From Paraspadella gotoi (Eukaryota > Animalia > Chaetognatha): a stretch of 30,342 bases of DNA. The stretch covers positions 2,210,156 through 2,240,497 of the forward strand of contig JBJCIZ010000239.1 of NCBI GenBank assembly GCA_051294375.1, written 5' to 3'. The notes beneath the pieces were generated by a model that was not told the DNA's origin, ran no database searches, and worked only from the letters and a program-made list of their open reading frames with translations. Position 1 is the stretch's first letter. Each line of letters opens with the position of its first letter. Position numbers and translations under genes: made by a program. Below, in pieces: positions 10,452 to 23,384 of this stretch.

Positions 10452-13400
10452 TAAATATCATTTCTCCAAATAACTATCATCCGTATTTTATATTTAAATA
10501 TCATTTTTTAATTATCATTACCTCCTAAATCGGTTTCCTTTTAAATATCATTNNNNNNNNNNNNNNNNNNNNNNTTTTTACTTTTAACTATCATCATTTT
10601 TTAAATATCATCAAATACTAAATCGGTTTCCTTTTAAATATCATTTTTTTAAAAATATCATTTTTCCAAATAACTATCATCTGTATTTTACTTTTAAAAT
10701 CATCATTTTTTAAATATCATTATCTTCTAAATCGGTTTCCTTATCAATCATTTTTTAAAATCATCATAACTCTAATCGGTTTCTTTTTATATCATTTTCT
10801 CAAATAACTATCATCCGTGTTTTACTTTTTAAATATCATCATTTTTTAAATATCAGTAACTATAATCGGTTTCCTTTTAAATATCATTTTTCCAAATAAA
10901 CTATCATGGTTTTTTACTTTTAACTATCATCCTTTTTTTAAATATCATCAACTCCTAAATCGGTTTCCTTTTAAATATCATCTTTTTTTAAATATCATTT
11001 TACTTTTAAATATCATCATTTTTTAAATATCAGTAACTCCTAAATCGGTTTCCTTTTAAATATCATTTCTCCAAATAACTATCATCCGGTTTTACTTTAA
11101 ATATCATATTTTTTTTTTAAATATCATAACTACTAAATCGGTTTCTTTTAAAATATCATTTTTCCAAATAACTAATCATCGGTTTTTTTACTTTTAACTA
11201 TCATCCTTTTTAAATATCATCAACTCCTAAATCGGTTTCCTTTTAAATATCATCTTTTTTTAAATATTCATTTTACTTTTAAATATCATCATTTTTAAAT
11301 ATCAGTAACTCCTAAATCGGTTTCTTTTAAATATCATTTCTCCAAATAACTATCATCCGTGTTTTACTTTTAAATATCATCATTTTTTAAATATCAGTAA
11401 CTACTAAATCGGTTTCCTTTTAAATATCATTTTTCCAAATAACTATCATCGGTTTTTTACTTTTAACTATCATCCTTTTTTAAATATCATCAACTCTAAA
11501 TCGGTTTCCTTTTAAATATCATCTTTTTTTAAATATCATTTTACTTTTAAATATCATCATTTTTTAAATATCAGTAACTCCTAAATCGGTTTCCTTTTAA
11601 ATATCATTTTCCAAATAACTATCATCGTGTTTTACTTTAAACTATCATCATTTTTAAATATCATCAACTCCTAAATCGGTTTCCTTTTAAATATCATCTT
11701 TTTTTTAAATATCATTTCTCCAATAACTATCATCTGTTTTACTTTTAAATATCATCCTTTTTTAAATATCATTACCTCCTAAATCGGTTTTCCTTTTAAA
11801 TATCATTTCTCCAAATAACTATCATCCGTGTTTTACTTTTAAATATCATCATTTTTTAAATATCAGTAACTACTAAATCGGTTTCCTTTTAAATATCATT
11901 TTTCCAAATAACTATCATCGGTTTTTACTTTTAACTATCATCCTTTTTTAAATATCATCAACTCCTAAATCGGTTTCCTTTTAAATATCATCTTTTTTTA
12001 AATATCATTTTACTTTTAAATATCATCATTTTTTTTTAAATATCATTAACTCCTAAATCGGTTTCCTTTTAAATATCATTTTCCAAATAACTATCATCGT
12101 GTTTTACTTTTAACTATCATCACTTTTTAAATATCATCAACTCCTAAATCGGTTTCCTTTTAAATATCATCTTTTTTTTAAATATCATTTCTACAAATAA
12201 CTATCATCCGTGTTTTACTTTTAAATATCATAATTTTTTAAATATCATAACTAATCGGTTTCCTTTTAAATATCATTTTCCAAATAACTATCATCAGGTG
12301 TTTTACTTTTAACTATCATCACTTTTTTAAATATCATAACTCCTAAATCGGTTTCCTTTTAAATATCATCTTTTTTAAAATATCATTTTACTTTTAAATT
12401 ATCATCATTTTTTAAATATCAGTAACTCCTAAATCGGTTTCCTTTTAAATATCATTTCTCCAAATAACTATCATCCGTGTTTTTACTTTTAAATATCATC
12501 ATTTTTTAATATCAGTAACAACTAAATCGGTTTCCTTTTAAATATCATTTTTCCAAATAACTATCATCGGTTTTTTTTTACTTTTAACTATCATCCTTTT
12601 TTAAATATCATCAACTCCTAAATCGGTTTCCTTTTAAATATCATCTTTTTTTAAATATCATTTTACTTTTAAATATCATCATTTTTTAAATATCAGTAAC
12701 TCCTAAATCGGTTTCCTTTTAAATATCATTTTTCCAAATAACTATCATCGGTGTTTTACTTTAAACTATCATCACTTTTTAAATATCATCAACTCCTAAA
12801 TCGGTTTCCTTTTAAATATCATCTTTTTTTAAATATCATTCTCCAAATAACTATCATCCGTGTTTTACTTTTAAATATCATCATTTTTTAAATATCATCA
12901 ATAATAAATCGGTTTCCTTTTAAATATCATTTTTCCAAATAACTATCATCGGTTTTTTTACTTTTAACTATCATCCTTTTTTAAATATCATCAACTCCTA
13001 AATCGGTTTCCTTTTAATATCATCTTTTTTTTAAATATCATTTTACTTTTAAATATCATCATTTTTTAAATATCAGTAACTCCTAAATCGGTTTCCTTTT
13101 AAATATCATTTTTCCAAATAACTATCATCGGTGTTTTACTTTTAACTATCATCACTTTTTAAATATCATCAACTCCTAAATCGGTTTCCTTTTAAATTCA
13201 TCTTTTTTTTAAATATCATTTCTCAATAACTATCATCCGTGTTTTACTTTTAAATATCATAATTTTAATAATCAGTAACTCCTAAATCGGTTTCCTTTTA
13301 AATATCATTTTTCCAAATAACTATCATGGTTTTTTACTTTTAACTATCATCCTTTTTAAATATCATCAACTCCTAAATCGGTTTCCTTTTAAATATCATC

Positions 13401-15370
13401 TTTTTTAAATATCATTTTACTTTTAAATCATCATTTTTTAAATATCATTAACTCCTAAATCGGTTTCCTTTTAAATATCATTTTTCCAAATAACTATTCA
13501 TCAGTTTTTAAACTTTTAAACTATCATCCAACCTTTTAAATTATCATCAACTCCTAAATCGGTTTCCTTTTAAATATCATCTTTTTTTAATATATTTCTT
13601 CTCCAAATAACTATCATCCGTGTTTACTTTTAAATCATCATCTTTTTAAATATCAGTAACTCTAATTCGGTTCCTTTTAAATATCATATTTTCCAAATAA
13701 CTACATCGGTTTTACTTTTAATATCATCCATTTTTTAATATCATCAACTCTAAATCGGTTTCCTTTTAAATATCATCTTTTTAAATATCATTCTTACTGT
13801 TTAAATATCATTCATTTTTCTAAATATAGTACTCCTAATATCGTTTTCTTTTAATATCATTTCTCCAAATAACTATCATCGTGTTTTACTTTTAAATATC
13901 ATATTTTTTAAATATCATAACTACTAAATCGGTTTCCTTTTAAATATCATTTTTCCAAAAATAACTATCATCGTTTTTTACTTTTAACTATCATCACTTT
14001 TAAATACATCAACTCCTAAATCGGTTTCCTTTAAATATCATCTTTTTTTAAATATCATTTTAACTTTTAAATATCATACTTTAAATCATAGTAACTCTAA
14101 ATCGGTTTCCTTTTAATATCATTTCTCCAAATAACTATCATCGTGTTGTTTACTTTTAAATATCATATTTTTTTAAATATCAGTAACTACTAAATCGGTT
14201 TCCTTTTAAATATCATTTTTCAAATAACTATCATCGGTTTTTTACTTTTAACTATCATCCTTTTTTAAATATCATCAACTCCTAAATCGGTTTCACTTTT
14301 AAATATCATCTTTTTTTAAATATCATTTTACTTTTAAATATCATCATTTTTTTAAATATCAGTAACTCCAAAAATCGGTTCCTTTTAAATATCATTTTTC
14401 CAAATAACTATCATCGTGTTTTACTTTTAACTATCATCACTTTTTAAATATCATCAACTCTAATCGGTTTCCTTTTAAATATCATCTTTTTTTTAAATAT
14501 CATTTCTCCAAATAACTATCATCCGTGTTTTTACTTTTAAATATCATCTTTTTTAAATATCATTACTCCTAAATCGGTTTTCCTTTTAAATATCATTTCT
14601 CCAAATAACTATCATCCGTGTTTTACTTTTAAATATCATCATTTTAAATATCATAACTCCTAAATCGGTTTCCTTTTAAAATATCATTTCTCCAAATAAC
14701 TATCATCCGTGTTTTTACTTTTAAATATCATCATTTTTTAAATATCAGTAACTACTAAATCGGTTTCCTTTTAAATATCATTTTTCCAAATAACTATCAT
14801 CGGTTTTTTACTTTTAACTATCATCCTTTTTTAAATATCATCAACTCCTAAATCGTTTTCCTTTTAAATATCATCTTTTTTTAAATATCATTTTACTTTT
14901 AAATATCATCATTTTTTAAATATCAGTAACTCCTAAATCGGTTTCCTTTTAAATATCATTTCTCCAAATAACTATCATCCGAGTTTAACTTTTAATATCA
15001 TATTTTTAAATATCAGTAACTATAAATCGGTTTCCTTTTAAATATCATTTTTCCAAATAACTATCATCGGTTTTTACTTTTAACTATCATCCTTTTTTAA
15101 ATATCATCAACTCCTAAATCGGTTTCCTTTTAAATATCATCTTTTTTAAATATCATTTTACTTTTAAATATCATCATTTTTTAAATATCAGTAACTCCTA
15201 AATCGGTTTCCTTTTAAATATCATTTTTCCAAATAACTATCATCGTGTTTTACTTTTAACTATCATCACTTTTAAATATCATCAACTCCTAAATCGGTTT
15301 CCTTTTAAATATCATCTTTTTTTTAAATATCATCAACTAATAAATCGGTTTTCTTTTTTATCATCAACTC
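10452..15370. repeat. AT-rich satellite array with ~84-108 bp monomer variants, roughly 50 monomers
   Basis: The anchor aaatcggtttccttttaaatatcat recurs every ~85-110 bp. Internal subrepeats are ttttaaatatcatc and ccaaataactatcatc. Confidence 0.98.
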
Positions 15371-15787
15371 ACAAAACTCCGTCCGTCGAGAGTATTTTGA
15401 ATGTTGAGGCAAAAAAACTTTTATCAAAAAGCGAAAAAATGTTAGGGGCAANNNNNNNNNNNNNNNNNNNNNNNNNTTAAATACTTTTCTTATTTAAGTT
15501 TACAAATTTGTTAACTAAGTTTATATTTGACACCAAATTTAAATCTACATTATTATTTTACGTATACTTATTTAAATATAATTTGTAAATGTGTCACTAT
15601 GAAGCAATTAAAGCTTAATTTTAAAGGAAAAATATTTTACCAAGTCACGGCTTAACATTTAGATTATGCAAATTATAATTTGGATTTGATTTCATATCTA
15701 TACTGAACAAACAAGAGACAACGTTTTAATAAAGCTTTTTTCCTTCTGAAAAAATTAATATTATTTTTCATTTTTTATAAATTTTAT

Positions 15788-16228
15788 TATTTCCAAAATT
15801 TTTTTGGAGCTGGAGTTGGACCTTTTTTTGCCCGCTCCGACTCCAGCTCCAGCTCCGGCCAAGATAAAATCTCAGCTCCAGCTCCAGCTCCGCTCCGGTA
15901 AGAAAATAAATTCAGCTCCAGCTCCAGCTCCAGCTCCGGCCAAATATGCAGCTCCGGCAGCTCCGACTCCAGCTCCAGCTCCAGCTCCACATCCCTGATT
16001 TTTATAATTTTTTTTATTTCCAAAAAATTTTTTGGAGCTGGAGTTGGACCTTTTTTTTGCCCGCTCCGACTCCAGCTCCAGCTCCGGCCAAGATAAAATC
16101 TCAGCTCCAGCTCCAGCTCCCGCTCCGGTAAGAAAATAAATTCAGCTCCAGCTCCAGCTCCAGCTCCGGCCAAATATGCCAGCTCCGGCAGCTCCGACTC
16201 CAGCTCCAGCTCCAGCTCCACATCCCTG
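15788..16228 (-). repeat. Two tandem ~230 bp units built on the GCTCCA/GCTCCG hexamer; possible non-autonomous transposon ends
   Basis: Units 15788-15997 and 16016-16228 are nearly identical. On the minus strand each begins CAGGGATGTGGAGCTGGAGC. They explain the spurious ELELE/PAPAP ORFs. Confidence 0.9.
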
Positions 16229-16855
16229 GTTCGACCAATGTAAATAACTTGACTTTTTTCAAATTTCGATTTTTTGCCTTTTTCAAGTATCCGTATTTTA
16301 GAATTTTTGCTTATGTAAAGGAATTTTTAAGTTTTTCGTTATCCATCGGAATGTTAAGTTTTTTCGCCTGAGCATCGAATTTCTTTTCTTTTCCGTTGGT
16401 ATTTTAGGTCACGCGGCCATCGAACGATTCGATGCATCGTCGATGGCTGCCGTAAATTTACAAGACATTGTTTTCGTGTTTATGCTCGTTAACATCCGGC
16501 TTCAGCGGCGATGAACATGACTTCCGGTTCGTAGTGGACGCTCGGATCGTGACGATGGTTACGGGCTGAGGCTACGAATTTCGAAAGTTGCGTTGATCGT
16601 GCTGGGACTTGATGTGGCGGACATTTCTGAAAATAATTTATGTATACTTACGTTTTTTCTTAATATTTTTTAGGTTTAATAAATTTTTTTTTTTTTGAGT
16701 AATATTGTTATTTTGTGTGTTTGGTTTTCGGTAGGTTAACCTCGATTTTCAATCGATCGTACGGCCTCGATTATCTCCGGATAATGTGTTATTTACTATC
16801 ATGCCTTTTTCCTCAGATCTTCGCGACTTTACGCTCGGAGAAATTTGGGATTTTC

Positions 16856-17633
16856 CCCCCGTTTCCCCCAAACATTACAAATTAACTACGTAGTTCTTCT
16901 TTTGTATTTTTTGGGACTTTTTTTTTCGAAAAATCTTTTCTTTTTGTACGAACAGGTTTATTCCTCTCCGTTCGTGCGGGGGGTACGGCCAATTTTTTCG
17001 ATAAGAATAATTTAGTATTTTTTAGAAAAATATTGTTTTTTAAAAATACTTGTTCGTTTTTTAGAAAGTTAGATATTTTTCGTTTTTTTTTAGCGATTAA
17101 GTCCTTAACCCACGAAATTACAAAGTTAATTTTTAGATTTTGGAGTTGAAAAAAAGGTGAAATTGAGTCTAGGTCAAGGTTTTTTGTATTTTTTGTATTT
17201 ATTTAGTTTTGTTCGTTTTTTGGATAGTCTAGGAAAAGAGACGACATTTAGAGTAGGTAAGGAAAATGTAGACCGCTCTCTTTGGCGACTTACATTTTTC
17301 ATAGTACTCAATTTCACCTTTTTCTCAACTCCAAAATCTAAAAATAAACTTTGTAATTTCGTGGGTGAAGGACTTAATCGCTAAAAAACGAAAATATCCA
17401 ATTTTCTAAAAAACGAACAAAGTATTTTTANNNNNNNNNNNNNNNNNNNNNNNNNNNNNNNNNNNNNNNNCGAAAAATTGGCCGTACCCCCCGCACGAAC
17501 GGAGAGGAACAAACCCGTTCGTACAAAAAGAAAATATTTTTTCGAAAAAAAATTTAGCAAAAAATCGCTAAGTCCCAAAAAATACAAAAGAAGAACTACG
17601 TTGTTAATTTGTAATGTTTGGGGGAAACGGGGG
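16856..17633. mobile_element. Long-TIR foldback/MITE element (arms ~16856-17171 and 17302-17633, spacer ~130 bp); the right end runs into a gap
   Basis: ccccgtttcccccaaacattacaaattaac.acgtagttcttcttttgtattttttgggact pairs with 17571-17633. ctctccgttcgtgcggggggtacggccaatttt pairs with 17474-17506. ttttagattttggagttga..aaaaggtgaaattgagt pairs with 17306-17344. Confidence 0.88.
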
Positions 17634-19639
17634 NNNNNNNNNNNNNNNNNNNNNNNNNNNNNNNNNNNNNNNNNNNNNNNNNNNNNNNNNNNNNNNNNNN
17701 NNNNNNNNNNNNNNNNNNNNNNNNNNNNNNNNNNNNNNNNNNNNNNNNNNNNNNNNNNNNNNNNNNNNNNNNNNNNNNNNNNNNNNNNNNNNNNNNNNNN
17801 NNNNNNNNNNNNNNNNNNNNNNNNNNNNNNNNNNNNNNNNNNNNNNNNNNNNNNNNNNNNNNNNNNNNNNNNNNNNNNNNNNNNNNNNNNNNNNNNNNNN
17901 NNNNNNNNNNNNNNNNNNNNNNNNNNNNNNNNNNNNNNNNNNNNNNNNNNNNNNNNNNNNNNNNNNNNNNNNNNNNNNNNNNNNNNNNNNNNNNNNNNNN
18001 NNNNNNNNNNNNNNNNNNNNNNNNNNNNNNNNNNNNNNNNNNNNNNNNNNNNNNNNNNNNNNNNNNNNNNNNNNNNNNNNNNNNNNNNNNNNNNNNNNNN
18101 NNNNNNNNNNNNNNNNNNNNNNNNNNNNNNNNNNNNNNNNNNNNNNNNNNNNNNNNNNNNNNNNNNNNNNNNNNNNNNNNNNNNNNNNNNNNNNNNNNNN
18201 NNNNNNNNNNNNNNNNNNNNNNNNNNNNNNNNNNNNNNNNNNNNNNNNNNNNNNNNNNNNNNNNNNNNNNNNNNNNNNNNNNNNNNNNNNNNNNNNNNNN
18301 NNNNNNNNNNNNNNNNNNNNNNNNNNNNNNNNNNNNNNNNNNNNNNNNNNNNNNNNNNNNNNNNNNNNNNNNNNNNNNNNNNNNNCCATGAAAAAACACC
18401 CTCTCGTCCAAGTTTTGTTTAGCGATACGGACATCAACGTAAACAAAACGAGGCGAGACTCCGTCCATAAAAGNNNNNNNNNNNNNNNNNNNNNNNNNNN
18501 NNNNNNNNNNNNNNNNNNNNNNNNNNNNNNNNNNNNNNNNNNNNNNNNNNNNNNNNNNNNNNNNNNNNNNNNNNNNNNNNNNNNNNNNNNNNNNNNNNNN
18601 NNNNNNNNNNNNNNNNNNNNNNNNNNNNNNNNNNNNNNNNNNNNNNNNNNNNNNNNNNNNNNNNNNNNNNNNNNNNNNNNNNNNNNNNNNNNNNNNNNNN
18701 NNNNNNNNNNNNNNNNNNNNNNTAAATTTGAAGACGAGCTTTTCAGCTCACAGAAAAAAAAAAGCCTTCTATTTAAAGTAAAAAATAGGACTAGTCCTAT
18801 CAGTCCTATTAGAGAAAAATACCCGAAAAAGAGCCAAGGCAGGCTCGCNNNNNNNNNNNNNNNNNNNNNNNNNNNNNNNNNNNNNNNNNNNNNNNNNNNN
18901 NNNNNNNNNNNNNNNNNNNNNNNNNNNNNNNNNNNNNNAATTAATTAATTTTAATATGTAATAATTAATTTTAAATTTTTATTCAACTTATCATCTCTTA
19001 TGGTTTATTTTTTATTAAACTTTTTTTTATAAAANNNNNNNNNNNNNNNNNNNNNNNNNNNNNNNNNNNNNNNNNNNNNNNNNNNNNNNNNNNNNNNNNN
19101 NNNNNNNNNNNNNNNNNNNNNNNNNNNNNNNNNNNNNNNNNNNNNNNNNNNNNNNNNNNNNNNNNNNNNNNNNNNNNNNNNNNNNNNNNNNNNNNNNNNN
19201 NNNNNNNNNNNNNNNNNNNNNNNNNNNNNNNNNNNNNNNNNNNNNNNNNNNNNNNNNNNNNNNCAATACAATGCGCACGCATAAAAACGACGCCTTGTAT
19301 TTGTTTAAATTATTGTATTTAAATTATTAAACTTATAACTTCGAATTTGAATAAATGAAAAGCANNNNNNNNNNNNNNNNNNNNNNNNNNNNNNNNNNNN
19401 NNNNNNNNNNNNNNNNNNNNNNNNNNNNNNNNNNNNNNNNNNNNNNNNNNNNNNNNNNNNNNNNGTAAAAACAATACAGTTTTCCTTTCGATGGTCTTAG
19501 AACAGAAAAAATTGAAGGCTTGACTCCATGCAGTTTTCCACAAGTAAAAAAACCAGTTCATTTGATTGCTTTTCAAGCATTAGATTGCAAGAAATTTTAA
19601 AACTATTTCGCCTTTTTTGTTTACTCTAGTTAGAAGAAG

Positions 19640-20100
19640 ATCAAGCATTGGAATATCTAGAGCTATCCGCAGCCTGAGGATCGGCACATCGCTGCGAGAT
19701 ATGACTATGATGAGTTGTTCTATTGTGTTAACAAATGAGATCAGAGCGGTTTCTTCTGGGCGAGGATAAGGGCGTAAAAAACGGGGGGCTCTGACGATCC
19801 CGCGCTCACGCTTAATTTACTAATACAAATTGATTTGGGCATGGGACGGGTAGATAATTTGGGAATTTCGATCGCAAGCCTAAGCCTACCTCTCCGGTAG
19901 GCTGGCGTTCCTGCCAAGACGCCACAGCGCGAGCTTTCCGAAATGATCATCGTGATCACCCGATAAGGTTGAATATAATTTATATTGGGCGCCGTTGACT
20001 GATGCAGTCTTTGCGGACATCTGCTTAGATAGTGAAGAAATAAAGGATCTGATCGAAACTTGCGATTCGAACAGATGCGGTTCAGCCCTAAATAAAACTG
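19640..20100 (+). pseudogene. Possible decayed coding sequence of unknown identity
   Basis: A GC-richer island reading YPQPEDRHIAARYDYDELFYCVNK*DQSGFFWARIRA*KTGGSDDPALTLNLLIQIDLG...ELSEMIIVIT, then after a frameshift DKVEYNLYWAPLTDAVFADICLDSEEIKDLIETC. No family recognised. Confidence 0.3.
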
Positions 20101-21060
20101 AAGTCTGTTTGTTCATACTAGTTCAAAATGAGGTTAAAAACCTTATTTTTTTTGCATATTATGTGAAAATTAATGAGATTGATATTGATTGCTTGAAATG
20201 GGAAGAAACTCGTCGCTATAAAGGCTAAACTATTTTCAATAATAACGGTCAAATTATAAATCCCTAATGTACAAATATAATAGAAGTTGAATACTTTCAG
20301 TTAACCTAGTGAATATTTTTGACTTCCAATCATATTCTTTTTTACTTATCAAAAATTTCATGTCTCATTCTAAAAAAGTTTAATTTTCTTGAATGAATTT
20401 TAGATTGTTCTTTTTTTTTTAAGAAGAACCAGACCGAGGTCAAATTTCAGTATTTGCATATTTTAACTAATTTATAATATTTATCAAACTCAATAATTAT
20501 TATTTTAAAAAGGATAAATGATGATTAAATATATACACTGAAAAAAATTTACCTAAATTTAAAATTGTAAAAAATTATTAGAATAAACAAAAAAAGTAAA
20601 TGTTTAATTTGACTATATCTCTCTTCTCAGCTCCTATTTTAGAATTATTTGCCAAGTAGATGGGGCGACCGGTCCAAGTTTACTCGTAATAAACAAAAAA
20701 CAAAACAAATTTTTTTTTAGAAAAATTTAAATTATAAAAATTATTATATATAACATTTTATTTATGAAGTCAATTTTAAACGTTGAGTGTCTTTTTTTTT
20801 CTTGTTGAATTTTAAATAGTTTAGTTTTATACTTGTTTACTGCTTTCTAGCATTACACGTGATAACTGTTGTTTACTATTTTTGTTTTTATTGTTATTTG
20901 GTAATTAATAAAAGAAAAAAAAAACAAAAAAAAGTATGCAATTATTAATTTGGCGCAGTTGCCGGACATATGCAATGTATATGTACAGCAGCAAGCTGAA
21001 GTACATGTGACATGCCCTGCTATAAGTATATTTTTTTTTCCTTTATTTTGTTCAAAACTG

Positions 21061-22330
21061 GAATCCACGAAAATCTCCTCGGATGTAAATTTGGGATTTT
21101 TCGTATTGAAGAAAAAAAATGGCGGATAATAAAAGTGTTTTAGAAGGAAAAATAATAAGAAGTTTTTAAAAAAAACGAACGATCGTACATAGAGAGAGAG
21201 ACAAGAGAGAGAAGAGAGAGAGGGCGAAGAGAGAAGAAGCTACAGAGCCGGAACCTCATCCGTTACCTCGTGCGCCTGGGTGAAAAAAAAAGTGATAAAA
21301 ATTTTTTTTTTGTAAAAAAAAAAAAGCAAAGAGAGAGGAGAGAGAGAGAGAGAGAGTCCGGAACTCGTTTATCGTTTCACTCGTTGCTCGCGCCACGATG
21401 ACGGTGGCGTCCCGAGGATGAAAAAAGGTTCCGACTTAAATGAACCCACATTAATTCTTTGGCTAACAAAAAGAACGACGAGTCAGGTAGTGCAGCAAGA
21501 GGGAGACAGAGAGTACGAGAGAGAGGAACAAGCAGCAGCAAGAATCGAGACAGAGGCGACAAGACATAGGAGACGGAGACGCAGGCAGGCCAGTGAACTA
21601 CCGCCTCATGCAGGAACTCAGCGTGCGTCTTAGCCCGTCCGTCGTGATATGTAACCCTCGTCCCGCGCCGCCTCTGTATGACCGGCTTGGTGGAACAAAA
21701 GATAGTGACAGTCAATGTTTGGTTGTTTGTAGGAACAGCAAAAAAAGAGGAGAGCCAGAAAGTGAGGATGGAGAGAGAAGAGAGAAAGAGAGAGAGAAGA
21801 GAGAGGAGAGAGATGAAGAGATTTCTCACCGACGCGCCAACAGTGTCGATGAGCAGTACCATGAACCACATGCGCCATAAGTCAGGTCTGAGGCGGCTCG
21901 AGTAGTCGGTTCAGATAGCGACGATGCTGGCGTCGATCTGCGTAACGTGTTCGCATTTTTCTTGACTACGTAACCGTTTCGTTGCTAAACGTTATAGGGG
22001 AGGTCATTTTCCTCGACATTGTTTACTCGTTGCCCTGCAACGGCCACGAAATCCAGGTCAAGTAAGATATTCTTCATATTTTCTCAAAAAATCCACGAAA
22101 ATCTCAGATGTAAATTTGGGTTTGTATTGAAAAAAGAAGCGCGGGAATAAATGGTGATAATTAAAAGTTTAAGGAAGAAAAATAATAAATCAGAATTTTT
22201 TCAAATATAGAAGACGAGACGATGCAGCGCAGTGAGAGAGACATAACGAAGAGTGAAGAGACAGAAGAGAAATAAGAGCAGACGCACAGAAGAAGAGAGC
22301 TGAGCAGGAAGCCCAGACCTGAACTCGTTT
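21061..22330 (+). repeat. Further copies of the AG-rich dispersed module (most complete copy ~21970-22330)
   Basis: Same blocks as 3810-5290, e.g. ttcctcgacattgtttactcgttgccctgcaacggccacgaaatccagg and aatccacgaaaatctc.gatgtaaatttggg. Confidence 0.75.
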
Positions 22331-22840
22331 TGTTTAAGTTAAACAGCAAGAGAATATCAGAAAATAAAATAAAACTAAAGAAAGGCAAAAAATGTTTACC
22401 AATGTTTACAATTTGGAATTCCAGTCTAATGAGTTAAAGATTATTTTAATTTATTTGATATTAAAATTAAGATATAAGCTGTCTCAATTTAAAATCTCTT
22501 TTGCAGTTCCCATTATTTATTATAATTTTAAAAAAATAATTTTTTGAATTTCATCTTCTAATATTATATACTGCAATATGTTAATATTAGATTAAAGGCT
22601 ATTTCATATACTAATTGTGGTATTATAATGAGTATCTTCAATCTCATATTGCATATTGCAAGGTAAATTCATACATGCAAGTGGAAATTCAAACAAGAAA
22701 ATATCTTAAATCAAAATGTATTATAGAAAATATCACAGAGTCTATTTCAAGATGAAAGCCATATCTAAATTTTTAACTTACTATGATGCAACTTTTGTAA
22801 AACTTTATCATAATTTCATAATATTTTTATTAAAAAAAAC

Positions 22841-22935
22841 GGTAAGTCACAGCCGAAACCTATAAAGCGCAGTAGTTTTTATATAGAAAACAGCCGTGAC
22901 GGCGACGACGACGACGACGACGACTACGTCCACAA
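22841..22935 (+). mobile_element. 5' end of a DINE-1/HINE-like (Helentron non-autonomous) element, tentative
   Basis: After an A-run, gtcacagccg (22846) has a partial inverted copy cagccgtgac (22891-22900), immediately followed by a (GAC)7 microsatellite. This is the subTIR-IR-microsatellite order known for DINE-1/HINE. No 3' subTIR was found. Confidence 0.45.
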
Positions 22936-23206
22936 AGAAGCAACCTAAATTATATAGAGCCTGACACCGCTTCCCGGTCAATGGTCGATAAAAATGGTTT
23001 GACCGAACGCGTGTAACTCACAAGTTTCAGAAGGACAATCGTAATTCGGTAATAAAAACGAATGAAAACAGAACGTTTGAGAAAATAAAACCATAGAGAG
23101 AAATTTGTACTTATCAGGTCACAAGTTATAGAGGAGAATATCCTAAATTTAGATAAAAAAAATAGTGTAATGATCCTTTCTTTTTTTGTGTTTATGTGAT
23201 TAGCCA

Positions 23207-23384
23207 AAAACGAGTTTTAAAGTTTTAACAATGATTTATTTGAAAGAAACGGACATAATTCAAATTATTGTCTTTCAGTTTGACAATAATTATTGTCAAA
23301 CTGAAAACGATGATGAAGACATGAATGTATGTCAAAACAAGTCCGTTTCTATCAAATTGTTGTTGAAACTTTAAAACTCGTTTT
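23207..23384. repeat. Palindromic element with a perfect 34 bp core
   Basis: Arms aaaacgagttttaaagttt/aaactttaaaactcgtttt and atttga.agaaacggac/gtccgtttct.tcaaat. The core tttcagtttgacaataattattgtcaaactgaaa lies at 23273-23306. Confidence 0.88.

Noticed and set aside
10452-15370. CRISPR-like array
   Set aside because: The sequences between the constant anchors are themselves repeated rather than unique spacers. The context is eukaryotic and there are no cas genes.
15787-16286. ELELE/PAPAP/WSWS ORFs
   Set aside because: These are translations of a hexamer repeat that is open in several frames on both strands.
16408-16630. GC-rich island with a hairpin (16413-16450), an RCIVDGC peptide and a minus-strand ttttcag-aa-ATG
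   Set aside because: All frames close within about 45 codons and no family was recognised.
17478-19576. Long ORFs in the ORF track (also 8453-9205)
   Set aside because: Their length is due to N runs translated as X.
1155-20545. cactgaaaaa motifs at 1155 and 20536 as CACTA-type termini
   Set aside because: No inverted partner ends were found.
21377-21905. Several overlapping ORFs
   Set aside because: Low-complexity AG-rich sequence related to the dispersed module, probably noisy, with no domain signal.
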